A stretch of 64,000 bases of DNA from Neoconidiobolus thromboides FSU 785 (Eukaryota > Fungi > Entomophthoromycota). The stretch lies in the NCBI GenBank assembly GCA_025603075.1, contig MU626338.1, forward strand, positions 27,271 to 91,270, read 5' to 3'. Made by a program: the position numbers and the translations under genes. Shown one piece after another: positions 50,460 through 62,409 of this stretch. The notes beneath the pieces were generated by a model that worked only from the letters and a program-made list of their open reading frames with translations, searched no databases and was not told where the DNA came from. How positions within the stretch are numbered: the first letter of the stretch is position 1; every line of letters starts with the position of its first letter.

Positions 50460-51037
50460 ATGAATCAAGGACAAGGCCATAATAATGCTACAAAAGTACA
50501 GAAAGTAATGGTACAACCAATTGTAAGTATAATCTTTTTATCAAGTCTTTTTATTCTAGTTCTTTTTTAATAGAATAATTTTATTTAGACATTAATCTTC
50601 AAACATTTTCAATCCGTAAGTCATTAATTATGAGACCTTTTATAAAATTCTAATGTTTTTAATTTCATTAAATTTGAATAACAGAGAGCTAAAGTTCGAG
50701 TTTGGTTATTTGATCATAAACAACATTATATAGAAGGTCAAATTCTAGTAAGTGGTTTTTTAATGAAAAATAATCATTTAAATAAAATAATTGTTTTATT
50801 TAGGGTTTTGATGAGTTTATGAATCTAGTAATTGAAAACGCAGAAGAGGTTAAAAAAGTAAAACAGTCCGAAGAAGATAAAGAAGTGAAATTTAATAGAA
50901 CTAAATTAGGTAAATATATATAACAAGAATTTTATTAATAGAGTTTATTTAATTAACTTTTTTTAAAAAAATTAGGTCGTCTTTTACTTAAAGGTGATAA
51001 CATCTCTTTAATTCAAAGTGTTACAGATAAAAATTAA
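50460..51037 (+). CDS. SME1: Sm core protein E (5 exons)
   Basis: KVQKVMVQPI|TLIFKHFQS|RAKVRVWLFD...IEGQIL|GFDEFMNLVIENAEEV...LG|RLLLKGDNISLIQ. Confidence 0.95.
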
Positions 51038-51659
51038 AATGAGTTATTAAAATAAAATAATGCTTTTTTATAAGTTATTATTTTATAAACTAATTATAAG
51101 AATACTGAATAATGAATTCACGGTATTTCACTATCTCAATTGTTAATGGTTTTATTTCTAGTTTATTAATTTAAGTAAATTTAAGTAAGAATTAATTATT
51201 TCAAATTTAGTATTATATAAATAGTTAATTGAATGTTAGCCTTTTATTAAAAAATAGGATAATCATTTTAGTTTCTAAACAAAGTTGAGGCTATAAAAAA
51301 CAAGCAAAAGATTGTATGATTTTAAATTCTTATTACAATAAAATGATTGTTTTCTTTTAAATGTGTAAATAGTGAAAGTCTCAAATTCTTCTTTAGATTA
51401 TTACTTTTTAGATGCCATAGCTATTTTTATTATAGGATGAAGATATTAAAGTAGAGCTATTTTGAGATCATAAGAATGTTATAAAAGTAATTCAATTAAT
51501 TATAAGCAAAAGGATAATGACTATTTGATATATATTAAGTTGAAATTTATACTTCAAATATAATATATATTATTAAAACAATAATTTAAAACAAGTGCTT
51601 ATCTATACCATAGTGTAAGAACCATTCGACAAATCGATTACTATAATTTAAAAAGATAT

Positions 51660-51758
51660 GGGGATGTGTTTTTGTATTTAAGAATTTTACTAACAATTTT
51701 TTTATTCAAATAACGCTTAAAAGATGGAAAAAATAATGAACCCCAAAAAAACATCACC
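51660..51758 (+). mobile_element. MITE copy 5, ATAT TSD
   Basis: ATAT|GGGGATGTGTTTTTGTATTTAAG...AAAAAAACATCACC|ATAT. Confidence 0.88.
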
Positions 51759-52214
51759 ATATAGTACAAGCTAAAAGTTTATTAGAAAGTTAAAGAAGAC
51801 GAAGATCCAAATTGAAACTAATTTTGATGTTGTAACGATTATGTATGAATATAAAATATTAAAAATCAATCCCTTTTAGATTTCTAAAAAGTACAGATAC
51901 AATTCAACTTCTTCCAATAAACCTTGATTTTTATTCACTGTTATTCTAAAATTTTATTAATTTACTTAATTAGTCTTAAGTTTAATTGGGCCTTATATTC
52001 ATATAAAAGAGCTTTAAAACTTAATATTTTCTAAGATCAGGTATTGGATTTACCTTACCTCAGCTTATATCAATTCATTAGTTGGTATTCCATTAAGTTT
52101 AAAAACTTTGAGGCGTTTGTGACTTATATATGGATCTGTTACGTAATTCAACTCAATAAAGCTCAAAATACAAAAATACAGTAAAAATATAAAAATACTT
52201 TGCTTGTATTTTAT

Positions 52215-53000
52215 TTAAAAAGGGGTAGCAAAAAATGTTTTACAGAGGGTTTGAAAAGTGGCATCAAAATTAGTTACTGTTGCAAACAAAAATAAATAAA
52301 TGGTAGTATAAGTACCAATGTTATAAATGATAGAACGAGGTAATGCTAAATTGGCAATATAAAAACCAAAATGAAGGAATCGAATTAAGGTATTGGTTGT
52401 TGCAAGGCTATTAAAGTTTGATTATTAATATAATAACAAAAAAGGAAAAAATATTACAAAACTATTTTATCAGTAGGTACATTGGCTATATAAGCGGATA
52501 ATACAGCAGCTGCAAAACCTAATAAATGAGTTAATTTTAATAAAATAATCAAGATTTTTAAACTATTACCTGGAAATACTTCATGAGCATTCATATGAGC
52601 GCCATTAAAACGAGCAACTAAACCAGTAGCATTATGATCATTTCTACGTGGATGCTATATCAACATTATTTTATAATGCAAAAATTGACTATAATTTAAG
52701 ACTTACATTATTGTCATAACCCTCTTTAGAAAGCAACGCTCTAGCAGCCACATTTGCAATCCCAGTAATTTTATCTGTAAAAAAATAATTAACACCAAGA
52801 ATAGCTAAAGGTAAATTTTCTTTAGAAACATAGTTCAATAGAAAATTGGGAAGCAATTGATGGATATATTCAAATTGATGAAAATGGGCAATAAAGGCAG
52901 TGGAGATAGAAAACATGGCTATTGGTACAATGGCTATTCCTAATACCCCAATGCTGGGTTGTTTGGCTGGTATGGAAGTTTGGTCTTTGTTATTACTCAT
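52215..53000 (-). CDS. MAPEG-family membrane protein
   Basis: GYDNN|HPR...GLVARFNGAHMNAHEVFP|GFAAAVL...RFLHFGFYIANLALPRSIIY fits the MAPEG pattern. Confidence 0.75.
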
Positions 53001-53464
53001 TGTTAAAGTTAAAGTTAAAGGTTTTAGTTACAATTTGGTATTTTATAGGTGATGATAATGACGTAGTATTAATTAATCCAATCATCTTTTTTTTAAAGTA
53101 ATTAGAGATGCTGAATTAAAAATTAACGGGTTTTAACTCCTTATTAAATAAATATAAAGTTAAATTGTAATATTGAAATATAATCAAATAGTACTAATAA
53201 TATCATACTACACTAATATGACATTGGTATCATAAATAATTCTATTTATTATACTTTTATCTATATATTATATGTTATAAATAATAGACAATTTTTCATT
53301 ATACCAAAGTAAAATATAATAAAAAATAATAACAATCCAAAATTAAACTCATATTTTAATAAAGTAATATTTTTCCTAGTAAGAAGATTAAAGGGAAGAA
53401 GAAAAAATAGATTATTTTAAGATAGAAAAAAATTAACGAGTATAAAAATTAAGATCTAAATTAG

Positions 53465-54226
53465 TTAGAAGGTACCGTTAGATAAATGAGGATTGGTCAT
53501 ATTTAAAGGTGTAGTATTACCATAAGGGGTGTGAATTGGGCTATTGTTATATCCCATACCATTTTGATCTGAAGTCATATTATAGTTATTAAACCCATTA
53601 CGAGAGTTAGTTCGAATGGCATTATTACAACGATCTTTACCATATCTTATAGTACAACCAGAATAAGCTTCATTGCGTTGAATACGTTCATAAGCAGAAA
53701 CCGCATTAAGTAAAGTAGTAAAATTAACAAAACCAGTATTCTTGTTACGAATAATATGGATTTGCTCAATTTCACCAAATTCGGAAAAATCTTGACGTAA
53801 TTTATCTTCACTTACTTCAGCATCAATACCACCAAGATAAATATTTCTAGTGGCACCCTTTTGTAAAGCGTCTTGTAACCTTTCACTTAATGGAGTTGGT
53901 TTACCCCATCCAACTTTAATTCGACGATTTTTAACTACCACGTTAGAACTATTGGCATGATTAAAAAAATCAATCGCTGCTTTTGGATCTGCAAAGGTTA
54001 CAAATGCACAATGTTTTTCAATCATTAATTTAATATTGACTACTAAACCACCTCGAATAACATTACACAAATCTTCGGTAGTTACCTCTTGTTGTAAATT
54101 ACCTAACCAGAGTTGACGTGCGTTGGTTGGATCCATTAAGTCTGAATTACCATTAGCCATTAAATTCATATTTAAAGCGGGTTGATATGGATTAGGTGAG
54201 ATAAAGTTATCATTTATAAAATTCAT
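53465..54226 (-). CDS. Two-RRM protein, S. pombe Nrd1/yeast Mrn1-like (one RRM pair), intronless
   Basis: RQLWLGNL...EKHCAFVTF...NRRIKVGWGK; GATRNIYLGGI...LRQDFSEFGEIEQI...GFVNFT...YGKDRC. The first ATG is at 54226 (the ORF track starts at a TTG). Confidence 0.85.
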   Translation of the reverse strand: MNFINDNFISPNPYQPALNMNLMANGNSDLMDPTNARQLWLGNLQQEVTTEDLCNVIRGGLVVNIKLMIEKHCAFVTFADPKAAIDFFNHANSSNVVVKNRRIKVGWGKPTPLSERLQDALQKGATRNIYLGGIDAEVSEDKLRQDFSEFGEIEQIHIIRNKNTGFVNFTTLLNAVSAYERIQRNEAYSGCTIRYGKDRCNNAIRTNSRNGFNNYNMTSDQNGMGYNNSPIHTPYGNTTPLNMTNPHLSNGTF

Positions 54227-55686
54227 GTTTTTAAAAGAGATCAAAAAAACAAGATAAAAGCAAAAAAAAAGATTGGTTTAAAATAAACTAAATAGAAGCT
54301 TCTTCCCTTTTTTTTAAAGAAAAGTATTAAAAATAAACAAAATTAAATCTCTTAATTAATTTAAAAGATAAATGTTACTTGGAATATTTTAGCTTATCCT
54401 TTTAACTTACTCCCCTTGCCTTCTTTTCTCCATAGTTAAGTTTACTAACATTTGAAATTTTATTGGCTTATTCCATTTTATTATTAATTTTATTGGCTTG
54501 CATTGAATGCACCTTTAGAATCAAGCCTTGATTAGGAACAAAGTAAAGTAACTCAAAATTTTAATCAAGAGGGTGGAGAAGATATTCTAAATGATAAACA
54601 GTAGAAATAAGACAATAAATAAAGATATCAAAGTATATAAAAACTGTTTGGTCTTTCTTTATCATCCTTTATTAATAAAACTCTTTAAAAATATTGTTAA
54701 TAATCGATTTTATAGAATAGTTTTCAACTGGATCTTCAAACTATGATTTAATTGAGCGATTAATAGCAGAAATTAATATATGTGTACAAGAATAGAATTA
54801 TTAAACTGGATTATATATTGTTTTTACAGATAAGCTATTATTATTTTAATCGGTATGTTTTTTAAAATAATATGTTTATAACGCTATCAACAATAACACA
54901 TTTTACTACTTTCTATAAACGATTATCTTAAATAATATAATTTCGAAACAATTTATACTAAATAGTATATAATGGATGATAAAATAGTTTTTACATAATA
55001 TTTGTAGCTTGGTTAAATGATATCCTAATATTGTATAGTAATATCTATTTTTTGTGATTTTAACTCTAGCTTTTTAATACATTTAACATATAAAATTTTG
55101 ATATATAAGTAAAGCAAATACCATGGTATTATTGATTGTAAGCAAATATAAGTGACGACATTAAAATACATGCTGTAAATATTTAATTTATTTTAATAGT
55201 CAAATCAAGAATCAGTTTAAAAATAACAAAATAAGCTTATATATTTCGTAACAATAAGTATTTCATTAAAACTAGGTGGAGGATAAAATTTTTAATGTGA
55301 AGTATATATTAAGTAACAGATTTCTTAAGCTGATAATTTAGTTCTTTTAAAATTAATCTAAATTTGCTTGAAATATTAAACAAAACATAAAAATTAATAC
55401 TATTTATATTCTATAAATGGTGATCTGAAATAATTGAATAATCTTTAAATAAGCTACTATAGTTGTCATATTGAAACTTAGCTCTGCTCCTATTCGGATC
55501 AAATGCCCTAAATAAATTTTGAATAAAGTAATTTGATTAAAACCTATTAACCAATATTTAAAATGGTCTTAATCCAGAACTCATGATCCCTTTATTTTAT
55601 AACACTTAAAGGTAAAATCCACTTAAATCTAAAAACCAAGTAGGGCTAAATAACAATTAAAAAAAGATAAAAGTCAAAAGAAAAAT

Positions 55687-55896
55687 TTAATGATGTTCTT
55701 CCTTTTTAGAAAATAAAGCTTCAGCTCCACAATAAATAGCAAATGCTACACTAGCGATACCGAAACCAGGAAAGAGTCCGCGTATGGTATTTGCTCTTGA
55801 GAAAAAGGGACTTTTACGAAATGCTTCACGGCGTGCCCATGGATCACGATTATAAATTTGAGATGTATTATTTGTTTTTGGACTTGGTTCTGCCAT
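55687..55896 (-). CDS. NDUFB3: Complex I accessory subunit B12/NDUFB3
   Basis: RDPWARREAFR...F...GLFPGFGIASVAFAIY. Confidence 0.9.
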   Translation of the reverse strand: MAEPSPKTNNTSQIYNRDPWARREAFRKSPFFSRANTIRGLFPGFGIASVAFAIYCGAEALFSKKEEHH

Positions 55897-56092
55897 TTTT
55901 GAACTTGTAAATTTAAATAAGATAATAATACTATAGTTTTGATTTGAGATCTTATCGATTCCGAAACTTATGGGATTTTTGGATGGATAGTATAGTTACC
56001 AATTTGGAAATGATATAATAAAGCCAATGACTAACATTAAAGCTTCCATGATGATTATTCTTTGACTATAATTTTCACATATTTTTAGCAAA

Positions 56093-57032
56093 ATGAAGGA
56101 AACAGGAAATTCAAATGTAAATCAACCAAAAGATATTAATAATAAGCAATTTTATTCTGAGAATCCATTACATGCTTCTAATTTGATTCCAGAACTTTGT
56201 CGATTATTCTATACATTAGGTTGGGTTACTGGTACTGGTGGTGGTATTTCTATTCGTGAAGGGTAAACTTGATAAAATTTATTATTATTCTGGTTTTATT
56301 TTATAAAATAGCGAGGATGTATATATTGCTCCATCAGGTAAATTATTCTAGTAATAAAAATAAACTATAATTGAACGAATTAGGTGTTCAAAAAGAACGT
56401 ATTGAGCCTGAAGATTTATTTGTAATGGATTTAAAATCGAGAAATATATTAAAAAGCCCAATTAAAGGCTTTAAACCTTCTGCATGTACACCCCTTTTTT
56501 ACAATGCTTACGATAAAGTCAATGCTGGAGCTTGTATCCATACTCATTCTCAAAATGCAGTTTTGGTTACTATGTTATTCCCAGGAAATAAGTTTGTTAT
56601 CACCCATCAAGAGATGATTAAGGGTATAAGGAGAGGCTCTAATGGCACAGCTTTACGTTATTTTGATGAACTCGTTGTTCCAATTGTAGAAAATACACCA
56701 CTTGAAGAAGACCTTACGGAAAGAATGGCTAAGGTAATAAATAGTGACGTACATAAAAATAGTTTGCTAATAATAAATATAGGCTATGGAAGAGTATCCA
56801 GAAACATGTGCAGTGTTAGTAAGGAATCATGGAGTTTACGTTTGGGGAGGTAACTTAGTTTTATTTTATTTAGTTATTGTTTTATTTATAAATAGACTCT
56901 TGGCAAAAGGCTAAAAGTATGTGTGAGTGTTATGATTATCTTTTTGAATTGGCAGTTAAAATGAAAGGTTTGGGATTAGATCCTACTAAAAAACCTGAAA
57001 TTGATAATAACGATTTGCATTTATACCAATAA
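56093..57032 (+). CDS. MDE1: Methylthioribulose-1-phosphate dehydratase (methionine salvage), 5 exons
   Basis: [72 protein letters not shown] and CECYDYLFE. Confidence 0.95.
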
Positions 57033-57085
57033 ATAAATCTATTTTAATAAGTTATTTATTAAATCATGCAGTATAATGAGTATAT

Positions 57086-57181
57086 GGGGATGTGTTTTTT
57101 GTTCAAGGATTTACTATCAATCTTTCCACTCAAACAGTGCTTAAAAATGGAAAAAATGACGAAATCAAAAAAAACATCCCC
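57086..57181 (+). mobile_element. MITE copy 6, ATAT TSD
   Basis: ATAT|GGGGATGTGTTTTTTG...CAAAAAAAACATCCCC|ATAT; 54 bp after the MDE1 stop. Confidence 0.9.
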
Positions 57182-57439
57182 ATATCTTATTTTGTATTTC
57201 TTTCATTATTTTAATTTTAAATAGTATAGGAGATAGATTTTGGTATTTCCTAATGACATTCAGATATTTAGAAAATCAAACAATATAATTAAATATAATA
57301 GTTTGCTTTCATTTAAAAAGCATTCATATGTAATAAAATAATTTTAACTTTGGCATTTTTCAATTATATCATTTGTAATTAAACCATAAATACCTTAAAC
57401 CATAATATTAATAAAATAAAATTTAATAAATTGTAAATG

Positions 57440-59141
57440 TTATTGTTCTTTCTTTTCAACCTCCACATCTTCTTCCAAAGCACGAGAAGGATATTTATAC
57501 CATTGATATAAAAATACAAAGAAAATAAGATCATCTCTAAAAGCAGCAAGACGAGCAAGGGTAGGCATAGGAATAACCATAACAAATAAATCATCTACAA
57601 AGGTATTGATAGCTTTGTAGAAGAAAGCACTTAAAGGCACAGCCTCAACCGATTTCACACGATAATTGATAACAACTTGAGGTAGCATATTGATAAAACC
57701 CAAAAGATAAGTAAGTGCCATAACCGCTTCTAAACCCCAAGAATAGAAACTAACATATTTATAGTTTTTTAAAGTATAAATAGCATAAGCTGCAACTAAT
57801 GGGATAGAGAATAAAAGAGTATACTTAAGTACTAATTGATCTACTTCGGTAGCTTCCTTTTCTGCTTTGGCTCTGAACTCTTTTTCTTTTTTACTTATTT
57901 TTTTGGTATCCTTTTGACGCAGTCTAAATACTCGATATAGTTTATAAAATTCAACTAGTTTAAAATTCAGATTATTATATATTATGCTACATTATATTAT
58001 ATTATTTACCCAACGCCGACACAATAGAACCACCTAAAATTAAATTGGAGGTATCTTTTCTTTGGTCGAATAAATAAAGCACCGTTAATGTCGACGAAAG
58101 TGATGACATGATGATAGCAGATTTAGAAGCACCAGCCAAAGACCCTTTATTTCTCCAATGGGTGACATCTGCTTTAAAAGCTAAGAAATCAAATAACATA
58201 TGTAACAAAGAAGCCAACATAGTTAAAGCTAATAAAGTAGGAGAAACTTCAAAAAACATTTGTCGCATGTTGTCAACATCTTTATCTGATATTTTAATTG
58301 GTGAGTGTTCGGATTGAAAACCTATAAAAGCGTTTGAAAAATGTTGATGGATACGAAACATCCCCAAGTTAGCAAGTCGGAAACCAAATTCGATCTCTAT
58401 TTGCTTTGGTGGTAAGGTTTGGTTTAATGGGATGTAATGATCCCTCCTCAGCCCTATCTCATTGAAATAAAATATGGGTAAATATTCTCTTCTTTCTGGA
58501 TTGATCATTGGTAAATGAGGTAAAATATCATTTGGTATTCTATCCTTTGGATATCTTGTACGGTCTATAATTAATTCTAACTGAATCTTTGATTTAAAAT
58601 GAGTAATGATTGGCATATTGTCTAGATCCTCAATTCTCACGGAATCATTCTCATCGCTTAATAAATTCTTAGTTATATTTGGCATAAACTTTAAGTATTT
58701 GGTTAATGGAGTAGTTGAGTATAATATAAGTGGATCATGGTTTTCTTGAAATTGATTTGGTGATTTATCCACTTCGGTTATAAAACTATGTAAATATAAA
58801 GTACCGTTCCTTCTAGTGGATTTTGGTAAAGACACATTAATTGTATTCTTTTGTTCTGAAAATTGTTGTGACCAGTTTTCTAATTTCCAAATAGGTTTTG
58901 GTTGTTTCTTTTTATTAAAAATATCCTTAGCATAGGGTGAAGTGCTAGTATAAAGAGTAAAAGTAAAGTTACGCTTAGTATCCCAGTGCTGCTCATGATA
59001 TGGTTCACCTTTTACTTCGTTATAGTATGGTATATTTAAAGTGGGATAAAACAAAATTACAACATTCAATATCATATTTAGCAAGTACCATGTAAAGATA
59101 CCTACAGATATTAATGTAATTAAACTTCCTGCTTTTGCCAT
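57440..59141 (-). CDS. CLPTM1-family ER membrane protein (lipid scramblase-like), 1 intron
   Basis: RNGTLYLH, LHMLFDFLAFKADVTHW, FINMLPQVVINYRVKSV, YKAINTFVDDLF and FRDDLIFFVFLYQWYKY. Confidence 0.9.
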
Positions 59142-59232
59142 TATTTTATAAAAAATTCAAAAGTTGTTCTACCTTTTCATGTTACGTGTATTTTTAATTT
59201 GACTTGTAAAATTATTGGATAACTTTTTTTCA

Positions 59233-59926
59233 ATGAATCATTTTCAATCTACTCCAAAAGATAGATTAAGTTATCTTCAAAAGTTAGTCACTCAATTTTG
59301 TAATTCTAATGATAAAGGTAAGCAAGATGTATATATAAAATTATAGATAACAATTTGATATAGAATTAAAGTTGAAGTCTTTAGCTAATCTTGCTAATTT
59401 TTCATATGACCCAAGTAATTATAGCTATTTAAACCAATTGAAAGTATACGATCTATTTTTAGGTAATAATATATATTTCATGGATATCATCTAATGTAGC
59501 CAGATCAATTATACACTGAAGAGATAGGATTCATAGAAATTGCATGTGGCGGCCTATGTAATATTTGCTTAGGTATAACAAATATACTCGAATTATAGCT
59601 CATTCTAAAAAATTTAAATAGATTCAACAATAAAAGAAAACATGCTAAATCATAATGCGGTTGAGCTTTTGTTTTATTGCCTTAATAAGAACAATGAAAG
59701 CATTGTAAAGAATTGTTTAACAACCCTCATGTTTCTAATAGATGACGATACTTATGATGGTAAATTTAAATTAACATAATTATTTTTGTTACTTATTTTT
59801 TTTGCAGAAATATGTACCTATGAGTTAAGGGATTACCTATTAGAACTTAAAAAATCGATCAATCCTTGTTTGTCAAATCTTTGTAACGTTTTTTTATACA
59901 ATTACTTTGAGGGTGAAGATAATTGA
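59233..59926 (+). CDS. Armadillo-repeat protein ARMC7-like (5 exons)
   Basis: [12 protein letters not shown]...[28 protein letters not shown]...[12 protein letters not shown]...NCLTTLMFL...NLCNVFL matches the ARMC7 pattern as I recall it. Confidence 0.8.
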
Positions 59927-60600
59927 TTTGCGTATCTTCAAACTACTTTTTAATATAAATTAAATTAAATTAAATTAAATTGAACTATAATTTATTGACT
60001 TGATTAGTTTATATAATATATATCATTAAATTTCAGATATTGGAAATGTTATAACAATTGAGTTTCTATTTACTTACATTCAAATGATCCTTGTGTGAAA
60101 ATGGACATTCTTCTATTATATTTTTCAACCAATCTTATCAAAAATGAACCATATCTAAGGAAATATTATCAGTTTGAGATAATTTGAATTAAGTTTTGTA
60201 CACTATACTTTATTAAGTTAATTAAAATATTTCAGTACTTAAATAATATAGTGATAAAAGTAATATACCAAATATGGAATATATGAAAATAAGTATTAGC
60301 GCAGTATATATTATTAAACTACATCTATTGTGAATACAAACAGCTATAATCAGTAAATCTCTTTTATTTTAAAGCTTTCTTTTGATACACAATAATGATA
60401 AAAAGGTAATTATACTGAGAAGATGTAATTTATATAGCTATAAACAAAAGTAGTAATTTATATTTAATTGTGAAGGTCAAACTAATATTACCAATTAAAA
60501 TAAACCAAATTTCGTCATTTGATCGAGTAGACTATAAAATTAATTTTTATTTCTATTTTTATTTCTATCTTAATTATTTTTTAATAGCAGCTTAAACTTA

Positions 60601-61762
60601 ATGATGAAACGTATAACAAGATCAATGACGAAAGCAAGTTCTAAACTTAAAGAAACACTTGTTCGAGATACGAAGAAAGTTAAAGTAAAGAAAGAGATAA
60701 AAGATGCAGCTGAAAATTTGATTCAGGATCAAGCTGAAGTTAAAGAAACACTTGCTCGAGATACGAAGAAAGTTAAAGTAAAGAAAGAGATAAAAGATGC
60801 AGCTGAGAAATTGATTCAGGATCAAGCTGAAGTTAAAGAAATACAAGTGGTTAAGAAAAGGATTGTAAAAGCTAAACCAGTGCCCGCCTCTTACCTTCCA
60901 GAAACGGATTTAGAGCATTTAAAATTGATGGAAACCTTGCCAAAGAAACCTAGTAAAGACTTTGTCTTTGAATACTTAACCAAAGTGGATAAGTAAAAAC
61001 AGTTTACTTTGGCAAGTTTTTTTATTAACTATTTTTAAGGAACTTAGGTAAAATTATAAAGAGTAGTGATTTAGATTGCTTTATTTTCAATCTTGAATCC
61101 AAGTTTAAATCAGTAGAGGATGCCCCCAATACTTTTGGATACCTTGGAAGGAACATTATATTTCAAGTAATATTTCGTCTATAATAATAGCTAACTAATC
61201 CACCATAGCAATTGTCAGGAAAAGCTGCAAGTACAATAGAGTCTCGATTTCTTAATTTATATAAAGTCGAAGCAGAGGAAACCTACTTTCCAACGCCAGA
61301 ACAGGTTTTAGCTACCGATAATGAAGCGCTTCGAGGTGTAGGACTTTCTATGGCCAAAGCTTTGTATATCAAAGATCTAGCATTACATTATCAAAATGGT
61401 AGCCTCAGTGATATTAAGTTAAAAGAAGCAGACGATAAAACAGTTTACGAACTTTTGATTCAAGTTAAAGGAATTGGACCAGTAAGCTAATGTTATCACT
61501 GTTTATTTAAATTTAAAATCATTAACAATAGTGGACCATCGATATGTTCTTAATGAGTTATTTAAAGCGATTAGATGTATTACCATTAGGAGATTTAGGT
61601 ATCAAAAAAGGAATGATTAAACATTTTGAACTTACTGTAAGTGATAAGAAAAAACTAATTGATGAAAAAGATATGATTGAGTTGAGCAAGGCTTGGAGGC
61701 CATATCGTTCTGTTGCTTCTTGGCTCATGTGGGAAATTGCGAATACTATTACAGCAACTTGA
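60601..61762 (+). CDS. MAG1: DNA-3-methyladenine glycosylase (AlkA/HhH-GPD), 4 exons
   Basis: RNIIFQQLSGKAASTIESRF, LRGVGLSMAKALYIKDLA, LIQVKGIGP, MFLM..L.RLDVLPLGDLGI and WRPYRSVASWLMW. Confidence 0.92.
60649..60834 (+). repeat. 93-bp (31-aa) coding tandem duplication, 90/93 identical
   Basis: KETLVRDTKKVKVKKEIKDAAENLIQDQAEV / KETLARDTKKVKVKKEIKDAAEKLIQDQAEV. Confidence 0.95.
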
Positions 61763-62172
61763 GAAGGTTGCTGATAAATAAATTTTTGTCATTTAATTTA
61801 TAGTAGTTAACGATTTATTGTTTATTACTTATAAAACTATATAAATACGTGAGTATTAATATACCAACTATAAACACCAATGATAAAGTCGCAACTCAAA
61901 ATAGTTCACATTTATACAGGCAAATTTGACTTTAATCTTGGTTAATATTTAATAACCCATCTCTTTTATTTAAATGAATTAATTTGATAAAAAAATAGTT
62001 TTATTTAATACAAAAAACTTATAATTATTAAACAAAACTTGCACTATTTGTAAACGGGTAGAACAACAAAGAAACAATACTACCTAAAAAATAAAATAAT
62101 CTGTAATTTACTTCAAACACTCCATAGTTCATATAAAACCTTATTTAAGCTCAACTTCTTAAAGGAAAAAAT

Positions 62173-62409
62173 CTAAAGACAAAAACAAAACCAGGAATTT
62201 TGCAAAGTCGAATCTGTACAAAAGCCATCCTTCCTTCCAGTCATATTACCCGTTGCACTACTATTTCCTTTCTTTAAAGAAGCCTCTAATCTATCTCTTG
62301 TTTTTTTACTTATTTCTCGTTCCATTGGTGTCTTTCTATATCCCTGCTGAGAGTCAAATATCGGTTCCAATTGTTCCATCTCTTTTGTTTCTGGTTCTTG
62401 GTTGTTCAT
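62173..62409 (-). CDS. Small hypothetical protein (78 aa) ending in the CaaX-like WFCFCL
   Basis: ATG-initiated ORF, GC-richer than its flanks, with a hydrophilic body and a Cys-rich C-terminus. Confidence 0.5.
   Translation of the reverse strand: MNNQEPETKEMEQLEPIFDSQQGYRKTPMEREISKKTRDRLEASLKKGNSSATGNMTGRKDGFCTDSTLQNSWFCFCL

Noticed and set aside
51780-52160. Possible decayed coding fragments next to MITE copy 5 (also ~4900-5160 and ~10300-10620)
   Set aside because: Only short stop-broken frames with no recognisable family.
13528-57032. HMGCL, THI5, ERG9 and MDE1 as a metabolic cluster
   Set aside because: Unrelated pathways, tens of kb apart, interspersed with housekeeping genes.
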